From a virus: a stretch of DNA of 64,000 bases. Location of the stretch: IMG/VR virus record IMGVR_UViG_3300043419_002586. The stretch is one strand, 5' to 3'. The translations under genes were made by a program, and so were the position numbers. The notes beneath the pieces are model-generated. The model saw only the letters and a list, made by a program, of their open reading frames with translations, was not told the origin of the DNA and did no database searches. Positions 11,312 through 21,567 of this stretch are shown here, in pieces; position 1 is the first letter of the stretch, and each line of letters opens with the position of its first letter.

Positions 11312-12094
11312 GGTTTCTGATTCTTTCTTTATAAAATGATGAGCTAATTCAGTTCTATCCCATTGATGAAAAATACAATATGGTTCACCCTCTTTATTAG
11401 TAACATACTTTCCATCAAAATAAACTTCAACATTATCTCTCTTTATAGCTTCGCCTGTGCAAGCAAAAGTATCTTTGTATGGATGACAAAGCATATTTTT
11501 CGGATTCTGCTTAAGAAATTGACTTAAGTATCCTAAAAACTGCTGATCCACAATGTTGAATTGAGTCAATCTGTTTGTATTCGAATACATCATTAAACAA
11601 TGATTTATTACGTGTTCTATCTTTCCACCAAATATTCCACCATTAATTACAAACTCATCTTCATATGGTGTGTTGTGAAATCTTAAAACTTTTCTTAGAG
11701 ATTGTGACCACCAAAGATTACACTCGTTTTCTATTATTTTCATACCCTCAAGCGAATAAAACATATTGATTTCAGGATTTGATTCAAAGAAGACAAATGG
11801 ATCTTTCTGAATTACAACATCACGCAGATCAGAATGCATAACATATTTGTAACTATCTATGTTTTCATTTAGCCATTTATATAAAATATAATAACCAGTC
11901 AACATACTTTCATTATGAGGAATTATTTTATCAAAGTATCTGGACAACTTCTTTATATTATATTGGCTCACGCTATTTACAAAAATAACTTTTTCAAATG
12001 AATCAAATTTTGCAAGTGAATTTAAGAAAATATCTCCTTCAATAGAATCAATGCATTTATCTCCAATTGATATATTAACTAATAAATTTTTCAT
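11294..12094 (-). CDS. Putative GT-A glycosyltransferase
   Basis: 'VMHSDLRDVVIQKDPF' metal-binding-like motif, 'INGGIFGG', 'DQ', 'HQWDR'; last gene of the sugar cluster. Confidence 0.6.
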   Translation of the reverse strand: MKNLLVNISIGDKCIDSIEGDIFLNSLAKFDSFEKVIFVNSVSQYNIKKLSRYFDKIIPHNESMLTGYYILYKWLNENIDSYKYVMHSDLRDVVIQKDPFVFFESNPEINMFYSLEGMKIIENECNLWWSQSLRKVLRFHNTPYEDEFVINGGIFGGKIEHVINHCLMMYSNTNRLTQFNIVDQQFLGYLSQFLKQNPKNMLCHPYKDTFACTGEAIKRDNVEVYFDGKYVTNKEGEPYCIFHQWDRTELAHHFIKKESETLKFSL

Positions 12095-12881
12095 TATTTT
12101 TATTCCTTAATTTTTTGTACGTTTCTGTTATACCAATTTGTAATCCTGATAAATTTACATCTATTGAATCTAAATTGTAATCACCAATATAACTCTGCCC
12201 AATCCCTTGAGTTTGTAATTCAACTTTCACACTATAGTCATTTAATTCATTTATCATACAAGCAATATCATTAAGTTTGAACTTTTCTTTATATGTAAAA
12301 TTTATTGATTTTGGACAATTTTCATTATCAATATAAAAATTAATAATATTTAAAAAATCATTCATATAAAAAAAATCCATGTACTTGTCTTGGTGAATTA
12401 CAATCTTAGAATTTTCGATATATCTTAAAATATTTGATTTTATAAATCTAGAATCTAACTCGTCATAATTAAAAAGAGCAAAAATATTAAGATTATAAAA
12501 ATTTTCTGTATGCAAAATTGAATTTGCAATAATTTGTTTACTCAAACCGTAAGGTTTATCATTCGAGTAAAATTGAGCACCAGAACCAAAAGTAATAAGT
12601 TTTCTGAAGTGTTTATTTTTAAGTTGATGTAAGTTATAATACATTTTCAAATTATTGTCCATTTCATTATAACTATCAACTCTTAGCCTACTTCCTCCAA
12701 CCACAGCACAATGAATTATAATATCAAAGAACTTGTTCTCAAAATAAGCATTTACTTCAGAAGAAACTGATAAATCAAAATTTTGTCTTGTAACTAATGT
12801 AACATTATGTAAATGTTTTAAAAAATTATAAATATTTCGAGCTACAAATCCATTACCGCCAGTTATTAATATAGATTTCAT
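12075..12881 (-). CDS. NAD-dependent epimerase/dehydratase/reductase (extended SDR)
   Basis: 'ILITGGNGFVA' Rossmann motif and 'YGLSK' catalytic motif. Confidence 0.85.
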   Translation of the reverse strand: MKSILITGGNGFVARNIYNFLKHLHNVTLVTRQNFDLSVSSEVNAYFENKFFDIIIHCAVVGGSRLRVDSYNEMDNNLKMYYNLHQLKNKHFRKLITFGSGAQFYSNDKPYGLSKQIIANSILHTENFYNLNIFALFNYDELDSRFIKSNILRYIENSKIVIHQDKYMDFFYMNDFLNIINFYIDNENCPKSINFTYKEKFKLNDIACMINELNDYSVKVELQTQGIGQSYIGDYNLDSIDVNLSGLQIGITETYKKLRNKNNEKFIS

Positions 12882-12893
12882 AATAATTTTATC

Positions 12894-13835
12894 TCAATAA
12901 TCCAAATCTATAAGTTTCTTCATACCAAGATGAGTTTCTGGAATGTCACTTGATACAAGTGTTGCCGTTATATTAGTTTTTTGCTTGACATATTCTAAAA
13001 TAACTGGAATTTTTTTTGCAATTCCTCCAGATAAGTATATTTTATCTATTTCAGAAAAATCTATCTCACAAATATATTGATCAATGTAAGCCTTAAGTAA
13101 TGAACTTAAAAAGTTTATTTTTGTAAGGTTAAATTCATTGATATTTTTTATAAAACCAAAATTATCAAAGTTTCTTGATTGCTCAAAAATATTTATATTA
13201 AAAATTAAAGATGAGTTGTTAATATCTTGCAATGAAACTGATTGTAACTCTTTGAAAAAATCTTTACCAAAACACTTAAAAAATCTTTCAAAAGCTAAAA
13301 ACATTCTGCCACTTGGGAAAAATGAAATAATTTTATTTTTATAAATTATTTGTGATCCAGTTCCAAGATTTATGAGAATTGATTTTTCATCTAATTCAAC
13401 TGATCTTTTTACGCAATCAGTATCTCCTAAACAACTTAAAAATACTTTATTATAAAAAACTCCCAATTTTTTTAAATTAAATATATTGCTTTTTGAATCA
13501 TGATCATTGTGCAAATGATAATTTTTTTGTTCTTTGAATAAACACCCTACTACACTCTCTTTCTTGTAATCAGAATTTGGGTTTAGTGCTTTCCAACTTA
13601 CATACTCATTGTTTTCAAATGATCCATTCTTGATTGAACAAGAAACTACCACATCATAATAATTATAAGAATTCATAATTTCAATCAAGCAAGTTTCAAT
13701 TTCAGTGCAAGTTATTTTATTTTTTTCGCTCAATGGAGAATTATATTCTTTATAATCGGTAAAGACATTTAGTTCTTTATTGTAAATACTAGATTTTATA
13801 AAGGATGCTCCAAAGTCAATAAGTAAAAATTTCAA
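12894..13835 (-). CDS. ASKHA/FGGY-like sugar kinase
   Basis: 'LIDFGASFIK' phosphate-1 motif, 'LGD', 'INLGTGSQ', 'YLSGGIA'. Confidence 0.7.
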   Translation of the reverse strand: MKFLLIDFGASFIKSSIYNKELNVFTDYKEYNSPLSEKNKITCTEIETCLIEIMNSYNYYDVVVSCSIKNGSFENNEYVSWKALNPNSDYKKESVVGCLFKEQKNYHLHNDHDSKSNIFNLKKLGVFYNKVFLSCLGDTDCVKRSVELDEKSILINLGTGSQIIYKNKIISFFPSGRMFLAFERFFKCFGKDFFKELQSVSLQDINNSSLIFNINIFEQSRNFDNFGFIKNINEFNLTKINFLSSLLKAYIDQYICEIDFSEIDKIYLSGGIAKKIPVILEYVKQKTNITATLVSSDIPETHLGMKKLIDLDY

Positions 13836-14835
13836 TTACTCTTTCCTCTAGTTTTTCATCAATGTCTGTTGGTAAAAATAATGATATACCTGGCTTTGGA
13901 CTATTAACAAAGTAAATTTTGTTATTGAAAACTTTTTTATCTGATACTATTCTATTGTAAATTTCCAATGGATTTAGATTTACAATTTTATCAATATCAA
14001 CATTTTTCTTAACTATCTTGTCAATCTTTTGGTTATTATCAAATAGTCTGTTTATAATATAAATTCCTAATAAAACAGCTTCTCCGTGTAAAATCTCATA
14101 ATTTGTCATTGATTCTATAATGTGACCAAAAGTATGCCCGTAATTTAGTACTTTTCTAATATTTTGCTCAAATTCGTCAACTTCGATAATACTTTTTTTA
14201 ATAATCAAGGAACTTTTGATTTTATCTTTCAAGGAAAAATTTTCAAAATTATCTACAAAAAAATCTCCACCAGTTATAAATAACTTTATAACTTCTCCAA
14301 ATCCAGAATAAAGTTCTTTTTCAGGTAAAGATTGTAAAAAATTTGTGTCTATAACTACTTTTTTAGGAGATGAAAAAAGAGCAATTTGATTCTTAAAATC
14401 CCCATAATTTAACGCTGTTTTTCCTCCAATACAACTATCACATTGAGACAACATTGTAGTTGGATAATAAACCCAGTCAATGCCTCTCTTGTAAATTTTT
14501 GCAGTAAACGCACAAAGATCTTGAATTACACCACCACCAATAACGTGCAAGATGTCTGATTTTGAGAATTTTCTATTCAACAAAAAGTCACAAATTTCCA
14601 AACTTTTGTATGGCGTTTTTATATCTTCTGTGGGATCTATCAAAAACATATTTGAACTTGTTATGCCATAGATGTCTGAAATATTTTTATCAATAATCAA
14701 AAAATCATTTCTATTGATTTTTGGCATTTTGTCAAAAGTCACATCATAAGGACTAGGATGAGATTGAATCCAAAAATTATCATCTATTTCACTATTGACA
14801 TTAAAAGAAAGATTATCTACAAAAAAATTATGCAT
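13816..14835 (-). CDS. 3-dehydroquinate synthase-like sugar-phosphate cyclase family protein
   Basis: 'IGGGVIQD', 'PTT..SQCDSCIGGKT', 'KNQI', 'LNYGHTFGH', 'HGEAV' motifs. Confidence 0.85.
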   Translation of the reverse strand: MHNFFVDNLSFNVNSEIDDNFWIQSHPSPYDVTFDKMPKINRNDFLIIDKNISDIYGITSSNMFLIDPTEDIKTPYKSLEICDFLLNRKFSKSDILHVIGGGVIQDLCAFTAKIYKRGIDWVYYPTTMLSQCDSCIGGKTALNYGDFKNQIALFSSPKKVVIDTNFLQSLPEKELYSGFGEVIKLFITGGDFFVDNFENFSLKDKIKSSLIIKKSIIEVDEFEQNIRKVLNYGHTFGHIIESMTNYEILHGEAVLLGIYIINRLFDNNQKIDKIVKKNVDIDKIVNLNPLEIYNRIVSDKKVFNNKIYFVNSPKPGISLFLPTDIDEKLEERVIEIFTY

Positions 14836-15455
14836 TATGGTAACAAGCAGCTATATCCACCATCAATTATTAAATTTTGTCCAGTTATAGCATTATTAGA
14901 TTTAATAAGGTACAAGCACATTTTAGCAATTTCATCAACGTCTGTCAATCCTAGTGGAATTATGTTTTCTAGTTCTTGAATTCTTTTTTTGGAATTATTT
15001 TTTCTTGTCAATTTAGTGTCAACAAATCCAGGAGAAATCATATTTACTTTAATTTTTTTTGGTGATAATTCAAGAGCTAACGTTTTAACAGACGCAATTA
15101 AAGCGTGTTTCGAAAAAGCATACATAATCCTTTCTGGCTTCACTAATGTAGCGTAAAGTGAACCTATTGCAATTATATTTGAATTATTGTTAAATTGAAT
15201 TTTATTGCAAAGTTTAATAAAACTTATGGTGTTGATTTGTAATAGTTCATCAAATTTTTTATAATCTATATCATTAAAATTACAAATATCATTAATGCCA
15301 GCACAATGTATAAATCCATCAACATCATTTATTGTTAAGTCAAATTCATTAGAAAGATCTAACTTTAATTTGATTACTTCTATATCATTGCTTTCTAAAA
15401 GATCGCATATTTTTCGTCCAATTCCCCCAGTTGATCCTGTAATAACTACTTTCAT
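14835..15455 (-). CDS. Short-chain dehydrogenase/reductase
   Basis: 'TGSTGGIG', 'YAFSK', 'ITGQNLIIDGG'. Confidence 0.9.
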   Translation of the reverse strand: MKVVITGSTGGIGRKICDLLESNDIEVIKLKLDLSNEFDLTINDVDGFIHCAGINDICNFNDIDYKKFDELLQINTISFIKLCNKIQFNNNSNIIAIGSLYATLVKPERIMYAFSKHALIASVKTLALELSPKKIKVNMISPGFVDTKLTRKNNSKKRIQELENIIPLGLTDVDEIAKMCLYLIKSNNAITGQNLIIDGGYSCLLP

Positions 15456-17206
15456 TAAAATCCTTCTGTAACAGCCATGTCAGTTAATGATCCAGGAATA
15501 ATTTTTCCTTGATCATCAATTCCCTTTGCAATAACTTTGGGTTCGTGTTTTTCATTCGGATGACAAAAAAGCTCAACAATACAAAGTTCTTTTAAGCATA
15601 TTATTTCTTCTAGTTTTTTATTTATTTCTTTATTATTTTTGATTGAAAAATATCTAATATTGAATGATTCAGCAATTTTTTCAAAGTTAGGTAAAGTCAC
15701 ACCACTTTCACTACCAGAAGCAAACATTTCTCCATTAAAAAATGATTCTTGAGTCATCTTAATCGATAAATATCCGTCATTGTTTATGATAAAAATTACA
15801 ATTGGAAGGTTGTGATGTTTTGCAGTTTGAAGCTCCTGTAAATTCATCATTATACTTCCATCACCCTCGAAACAAATGACTTGTTTTTTACTACCAATAC
15901 ACGCCCCAATTGAAGCAGGTAATCCATAACCCATACTTGCGCACCCAACATTTGTAAACATTCTTTGATTGTTGTTTAATCTATACATCTGCATCAATAC
16001 AACATGAGCAGTTCCATTTGATGTTACAATTGTTTGATCTCTCAAATGAGACTTAAGCATATAAGTAAAATAATACATACTCATAAAGTTATTCATATTT
16101 TCATGCTTTGGATAGTAAAAAATTTGAGATAATCTTTTTGAAACAATATGTTCTTGCCAATCAGAAATAGATAATTTTTTGTTGTACTCATCCAAAGATA
16201 AAATAAAATCTTTAATGTCATTATTTATTTTTAAGTTAACAAAAAAATTATGTTTATTTATTTCATTTTCATCAATATCAATAATAATTTTTTTCGATTC
16301 TGGTGAAAATCTCATTACATCGTAACCAGTCATTTTCACGGGACATCTTGAGCCAATAATTATTATCAAATCAGCTTCTTGAACTATTTGATTTGAAGTA
16401 ATTTGTCCTAAAATACCTATTCTTCCAGCATAATATTTGTAATCATTGTCAATTACATCAACTCCTGAGTGTGGACCAGTCACTACAGGAATTTCAATTT
16501 TCTTTACCCATTCGTTAAAAATGTTATATGAATTTGACAGCCTAATTCCATTTCCAGCTATTATAAGTGGTTTCTTAGACTGCTCAAGCAATTTGATGAA
16601 ATTAAATATTTTATTTTTATCATTTTCTTTATTCGAAATTATCTCATCACTTATTTGATTTTCTTTGCTTGGTTTCTTTTCATCAATAAAAGAAGCTTGG
16701 ATGTCCAAAGGGATATCAACCCAAACAGGACCAGGTCTGCCAGAAATTGCAATATTGTAAGCTTTTTCTAATTCAAATACAATATTTTCTGCCTTAGTGA
16801 TAGTTACAGAATATTTAGTGCAATTCTTTATAGTTTGAACAATATCAAATTCTTGATCTCCAATTTGTCTACATCCAGTTCCACGAGACAATTGGTTGCT
16901 TGGAACTTGACCAGATATAATTATCCCAGGAATACTATCAAGCCATAAACCTAATAATCCAGTTATAGTATTTGTTCCACCGGGCCCAGTAGTAACAATG
17001 TTAAGTGATAAATTTCCAGTTTCTCTCGTGTAACCTTCACTTGCCATCAATGCAGCTTGTTCATGGTGCACACAATAAGTCTTTATTTGACTAGATTTTC
17101 TCAAGGAGTCTATTAAGTGAATACATCCTCCGCCAGAAACCGTAAATGCCGTATTTATATTTTTGTTTTCAAAAAAACTAATTACATAATCCGAAACTTT
17201 TATCAT
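15455..17206 (-). CDS. ThDP-dependent acetolactate-synthase-like enzyme (YerE-like by context)
   Basis: 'HHEQAA', 'TTGPGGTN', 'GRPGPVWVDIP', ThDP motif 'GDGS...NN'. Confidence 0.85.
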   Translation of the reverse strand: MIKVSDYVISFFENKNINTAFTVSGGGCIHLIDSLRKSSQIKTYCVHHEQAALMASEGYTRETGNLSLNIVTTGPGGTNTITGLLGLWLDSIPGIIISGQVPSNQLSRGTGCRQIGDQEFDIVQTIKNCTKYSVTITKAENIVFELEKAYNIAISGRPGPVWVDIPLDIQASFIDEKKPSKENQISDEIISNKENDKNKIFNFIKLLEQSKKPLIIAGNGIRLSNSYNIFNEWVKKIEIPVVTGPHSGVDVIDNDYKYYAGRIGILGQITSNQIVQEADLIIIIGSRCPVKMTGYDVMRFSPESKKIIIDIDENEINKHNFFVNLKINNDIKDFILSLDEYNKKLSISDWQEHIVSKRLSQIFYYPKHENMNNFMSMYYFTYMLKSHLRDQTIVTSNGTAHVVLMQMYRLNNNQRMFTNVGCASMGYGLPASIGACIGSKKQVICFEGDGSIMMNLQELQTAKHHNLPIVIFIINNDGYLSIKMTQESFFNGEMFASGSESGVTLPNFEKIAESFNIRYFSIKNNKEINKKLEEIICLKELCIVELFCHPNEKHEPKVIAKGIDDQGKIIPGSLTDMAVTEGF

Positions 17207-18276
17207 TGAATGTCTCTCGATGTTAAAGGAGAATTTTTTTTCAAACTTTTATTCAAAATATAATAACTGTTACTAAACTCTCTTGATGTAATTTGATTAA
17301 TTTCTTTCAAATAAGGAATTGCAGGATAAACATCATCTATTGTAATTTTATGACCTTCAGGAAGATCTTTATTCAAATATAGGCCTCTATATAATGAAAA
17401 AAGATACTTCGCTTCATCATCATCAATAATTCTACGTTTATTTTCAAAACCACCACACATCAACTCTGCTCTAAGGAAAGCTTTAAACCAGATGTCAATT
17501 TGATCAGGTAATGAACAATATTTACTTACACTTTTTTGCTCATGACCATCGGGATATGGAATGTCAATGTGACGTTCCCAAGTTCTTGCACCTTTAGCAT
17601 AAGAAATGTGCATTGATGCTTCCCAATCATGATATTCATGAGTTGAAAATCCAATTATATTTCTAGGATATTTATTTCTTAAGTAGTCAATTTGATTTAA
17701 TTCTAAATCAAAATCTTCTGTAGGATATTTTGATACACAATGATTTATAGCTAGAGGAATATTTCTATTTTTGAAAAATCTAACAACATCATCAATCTGT
17801 TTTTCATTTGCACCGCCCGTAGATATAATTACTGGCTTTTCTGTTTGTGCTATTTTATTCAATAAAATCCAATCATTAATATCTGAACTTGCAACTTTGA
17901 TTATTTCAATGCCTAATTGTACGCACCAATCAACTGATTTTTCATCAAATGGAGTTGCCATAGGAATGCAACCTAAATTTTTTATGTAACCTACCATCAC
18001 CCTTAGATCTTCATATGAAAGTTTTGTTCTTAAGGTTTTTTGGATATATCTATCCTTTTTTTCTAATGATGATAAATCTTCATTTTGTCGATTGATAAAT
18101 GAATCAGGATGAATGAAACTGTCAACATCTCTAAATTGTAATTTTATAGCTGCTCTTACTTTATTTTTGACAACGACAAAGGCAAAGTCTTTGATAATTT
18201 GCTTGCCTCTTTCAAGGCTTCCCCAATGATTATTAGCAAGCTCCAAAACAAATAAATTATTAAAAATTTCGTTCAT
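17203..18276 (-). CDS. NeuB-family PEP-condensing synthase with C-terminal SAF-like domain
   Basis: 'ELANNHWG', 'TPFD', 'IKVASSD', 'IISTGG', 'HCVSKYP', 'ERH'. Confidence 0.85.
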   Translation of the reverse strand: MNEIFNNLFVLELANNHWGSLERGKQIIKDFAFVVVKNKVRAAIKLQFRDVDSFIHPDSFINRQNEDLSSLEKKDRYIQKTLRTKLSYEDLRVMVGYIKNLGCIPMATPFDEKSVDWCVQLGIEIIKVASSDINDWILLNKIAQTEKPVIISTGGANEKQIDDVVRFFKNRNIPLAINHCVSKYPTEDFDLELNQIDYLRNKYPRNIIGFSTHEYHDWEASMHISYAKGARTWERHIDIPYPDGHEQKSVSKYCSLPDQIDIWFKAFLRAELMCGGFENKRRIIDDDEAKYLFSLYRGLYLNKDLPEGHKITIDDVYPAIPYLKEINQITSREFSNSYYILNKSLKKNSPLTSRDIQ

Positions 18277-18278
18277 AA

Positions 18279-19175
18279 TTAGTTTTTCTCAAAAATAAAT
18301 TCTAGTAAAGGCATATCAAGACCAGATTGTACAATTCTTTTATGATTATATCCATATTTAGCTAAATGCTTAATACAAATATCATCACAAAATTTACCAT
18401 CAACGATGTGAGTTTCTACGATAATTTTTGGATTGAACTTTGAAAAAAAATCATCATCTTCAAATATGCAAGATTCAGCTCCCTCAATGTCACACTTAAT
18501 AAAATCAACTTTTTGCAAATTGTATTTTTTGCAAATATCATTCAGTGTATAACAGTCTACAGTTTTAATTCTACCTCTTTGTCCAACAATTGAAACTGCT
18601 GAAGAACCCATACTTTCCTCAGTTGAAAACTCCAAATCTCCACTATAATTCCAAACAGCGGCATTCAAACATTCAATATTTGCATTTTCTTTAAGTTTAT
18701 TTACATTTTTCAACAAACAAGAAAAATTCAATTCATCAGCTTCTACAGCGATTACTTTTCCATTATTTCCAACTTTTTGTGCAAATAATATTGAAGTTAA
18801 TCCAGAATATGCCCCCAAATCTAATACTACATCTCCACTGTCTAAATTTGCATAATCTAAATATTGAGAAGCTGTTTCATAAGTCTCAGCTAAACTTGGG
18901 CAATACAGATCAAATAAATCAAAACCTATTACTTTGTGTTCTTTTGGATAGGAAAAATCTACAACAAAATTTCCATCAATTAGTTCACTCTCTACAGCGT
19001 CAAAATGAATTTCAAAAAATCTCATTAAAGTTTTTATATAAATTTTATGAGAAAAAGAAATTTTTATAATTTTATTATTTTTTTGAATATAGTAGAAATT
19101 TTCATCATTATATAATTTAATTTTATTTTCTAAAATCAAATCATCTATAGTCTTTACAACTGGCTGAATATTCAT
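18279..19175 (-). CDS. FkbM-family methyltransferase
   Basis: 'LDLGAYSG', 'VEAD', 'IKCDIEGAE'. Start placed at Met (MNIQPV) rather than the longer ORF call, which overlaps the upstream gene. Confidence 0.85.
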   Translation of the reverse strand: MNIQPVVKTIDDLILENKIKLYNDENFYYIQKNNKIIKISFSHKIYIKTLMRFFEIHFDAVESELIDGNFVVDFSYPKEHKVIGFDLFDLYCPSLAETYETASQYLDYANLDSGDVVLDLGAYSGLTSILFAQKVGNNGKVIAVEADELNFSCLLKNVNKLKENANIECLNAAVWNYSGDLEFSTEESMGSSAVSIVGQRGRIKTVDCYTLNDICKKYNLQKVDFIKCDIEGAESCIFEDDDFFSKFNPKIIVETHIVDGKFCDDICIKHLAKYGYNHKRIVQSGLDMPLLEFIFEKN

Positions 19176-19228
19176 ATTGAGTGTTTTCCTTAAAGAAATA
19201 ACGAATCGCTTAAACAAAAGTTTAATTA

Positions 19229-20185
19229 TTACCAAACAAACTTTTCTTTGTAATACTTGACAATATGCTTAATTTCTTCATCAAAAACACATTCAGGTAC
19301 CCATCCCAATGCTCTAATTTTTGAATCATCAAGGGCATATCTAACATCCTGACCTGGTCTATGAACATCAAAGTTAATATAATCTGAATGTAAATATTCA
19401 GCTTCAGGATAAAACTCTTCAATAATTTTATAAACAGTATCCAAATTAGATTGCTCAAAACCACCAGCAATATTAAAAGTTTCGTTCTTGACACCTGCTT
19501 CGATTATAGTTAATACTGCTCTGGCTGTATCTTTTGCATGAAGCCAATTTCTAACAGGTGTTCCATTGTTATGTAATGGAATTTTTCTACCTAATGACAA
19601 AAATTTACAAGCTTTAGGAATTAATTTTTCAACATATTGACCTATACCGTAGTTATTAGTAGGCCTCAATATCACGTAAGGTAATTTATAAGTACGAGAC
19701 CAAGCTGTTATTAATTGATCTGCTGCTGCCTTAGTGGCAGAATAAGGATTTGATGGTCTGAGTAAATCAGTTTCATTGTGAGCACCATCAGAAATATCAC
19801 CATAAACCTCATCAGTACTAAAGTGAAGAAAAGTAGGCAAAACATAACCTTCTTTTTTATAATCTTTTAAAAGTTCAAGAATGTTATATACGCCAACTAC
19901 ATTACTCTGCAAAAAATCTTCACTTTTACGAATCGAATTATCAACATGAGTTTCAGCAGCAATATTTATAAAATAGTCACAATCTACAAGTCTATCAATC
20001 TGACAAATGTTTTTCTTTTCAAATTTAAATTTTGAATAAGTATTGAAAATTTTTAAGCAATCAGAATCAGATGCATATGTACAATCATCTATTCCATATA
20101 CATACCAACCTTTATCAAGTAATAATTGAGTAACATATCTTCCTATAAAACCTAAACAACCTGTCACATAAACTATTTTCATCAT
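19229..20185 (-). CDS. rfbB: NDP-glucose 4,6-dehydratase (RfbB/RmlB-like)
   Basis: 'TGCLGFIG', 'AAETHVDNSI', 'STDEVYG', 'YSATK'; AAGGA just upstream of ATG 20185. Confidence 0.85.
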   Translation of the reverse strand: MMKIVYVTGCLGFIGRYVTQLLLDKGWYVYGIDDCTYASDSDCLKIFNTYSKFKFEKKNICQIDRLVDCDYFINIAAETHVDNSIRKSEDFLQSNVVGVYNILELLKDYKKEGYVLPTFLHFSTDEVYGDISDGAHNETDLLRPSNPYSATKAAADQLITAWSRTYKLPYVILRPTNNYGIGQYVEKLIPKACKFLSLGRKIPLHNNGTPVRNWLHAKDTARAVLTIIEAGVKNETFNIAGGFEQSNLDTVYKIIEEFYPEAEYLHSDYINFDVHRPGQDVRYALDDSKIRALGWVPECVFDEEIKHIVKYYKEKFVW

Positions 20186-20204
20186 ATTTCCTTGATATGC
20201 CAAT

Positions 20205-21521
20205 TTACTGCTTTTCACTTACAAAATGATCAACAATTTCGCCAATGTAAGCTATTTGTTCTTCCGTTATTACAGGAGAAGTACCTAAGAAGAAAGTATC
20301 TGTTGTAATTTTCTTAGCTATAGGAAAATCATTTAAATCCATATCACCAACTAAATGACTATAAGCAGGTTGCATTAATATATTGCCAGCAAAATATGGT
20401 CTTGTTTGAATTTTTCTTGATTCTAAATATTGACAAAATTCACTACGCTTAAAAGGAGCATTGTTTTTGATTGTGATAGGAAAAGCAAACCAATTAACAT
20501 CTGAATTCTTTTGAGCAATTGGAAGAATAAAATAATCATCGTACTTACTGAAAATATCAAATAATAACTTATAATTTCTTTGACGTAAATTCTTTATCTC
20601 TTTAAGTTTTTCAATTTGAGCTAGTAACATTGATGCCTGTACTTCTATTGGCTTTAAGTTATATCCAATTTCTTCATAAACATATTTATGATCAAATACT
20701 TCCCCTGGCATACTTGGAAGCCATTCAGAAAATCTTTTATTACAAGCACCACACTCTGTAATATTTTGTTTGCCAATACAAAAACAACCACGACCCCAAT
20801 CACGAATGGAACGAATGACTTTTTCCAATCCTTCATCATTACAAACAACTAAGCCGCCCTCTCCACAAGTAATATGGTGAGCTGGATAAAAGGAACAAGA
20901 AGCCATCGTACCAAAACTACCCAAAGGATTACCGTCAAAAGTAGATCCTAAAGCGTCACAACAATCCTCAAGTAAAATTAAACCATAATGATCAATAATA
21001 TCTAAAAGCCTGTACATATCAGGAGGATTTCCTAATACATGAGCGAAAGTAATAATTTTAATTTCTGGATCCGCTTGTAATGTAGCCTCAACATCATCTA
21101 AATTTAAATTCAAACCATCTAAACAAATATCTACAAATACTGGCTTAAATCTACATTGAAAAATAGGGTTAATTGTTGTGGGAAAACCAGCAATAGGAGT
21201 AAGTACCTTAGTTCCTTCAGGCAAATTCAAGTATCTTTTTGATTTTAAAGCAGACATCATCAAAAGATTTGAACTACTACCAGAATTAGTAAGCAAAGCA
21301 TGGTTTCTGCCAAATAATGCAGCTAATTTGTTTTCAGCTTTATATGCTTCTGAACCTAAAACTAACCAGCCATCTAATAAAGTAGAGATAGATCTTGTAA
21401 TTTCTGCTTGATCAAAATAAGGACCAGCATAATGAACATAATCTTTACCTGGTTTCCATTTTTTCTTCGGCTCAGATTTTATATACTCTTCAATAAGTTT
21501 TAAAAGATCTTCTTTTGACAT
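20205..21521 (-). CDS. rfbH: NDP-4-keto-6-deoxyglucose-3-dehydrase (RfbH/DdhC, E1)
   Basis: 'NSGSSSNL', 'EDCCDALG', 'SFYPAHHITCGEGG' (His in place of the Schiff-base Lys), Cys cluster 'GCFC...CGAC'. Confidence 0.9.
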   Translation of the reverse strand: MSKEDLLKLIEEYIKSEPKKKWKPGKDYVHYAGPYFDQAEITRSISTLLDGWLVLGSEAYKAENKLAALFGRNHALLTNSGSSSNLLMMSALKSKRYLNLPEGTKVLTPIAGFPTTINPIFQCRFKPVFVDICLDGLNLNLDDVEATLQADPEIKIITFAHVLGNPPDMYRLLDIIDHYGLILLEDCCDALGSTFDGNPLGSFGTMASCSFYPAHHITCGEGGLVVCNDEGLEKVIRSIRDWGRGCFCIGKQNITECGACNKRFSEWLPSMPGEVFDHKYVYEEIGYNLKPIEVQASMLLAQIEKLKEIKNLRQRNYKLLFDIFSKYDDYFILPIAQKNSDVNWFAFPITIKNNAPFKRSEFCQYLESRKIQTRPYFAGNILMQPAYSHLVGDMDLNDFPIAKKITTDTFFLGTSPVITEEQIAYIGEIVDHFVSEKQ

Positions 21522-21539
21522 AAAATAATTATACCAAAT

Positions 21540-21567
21540 AAAAAAGGAGCTTCACAGCTCCTTTTTT
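21540..21567. terminator. Rho-independent terminator, potentially bidirectional
   Basis: AAAAAAGGAGC-ttcaca-GCTCCTTTTTT. Confidence 0.8.
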
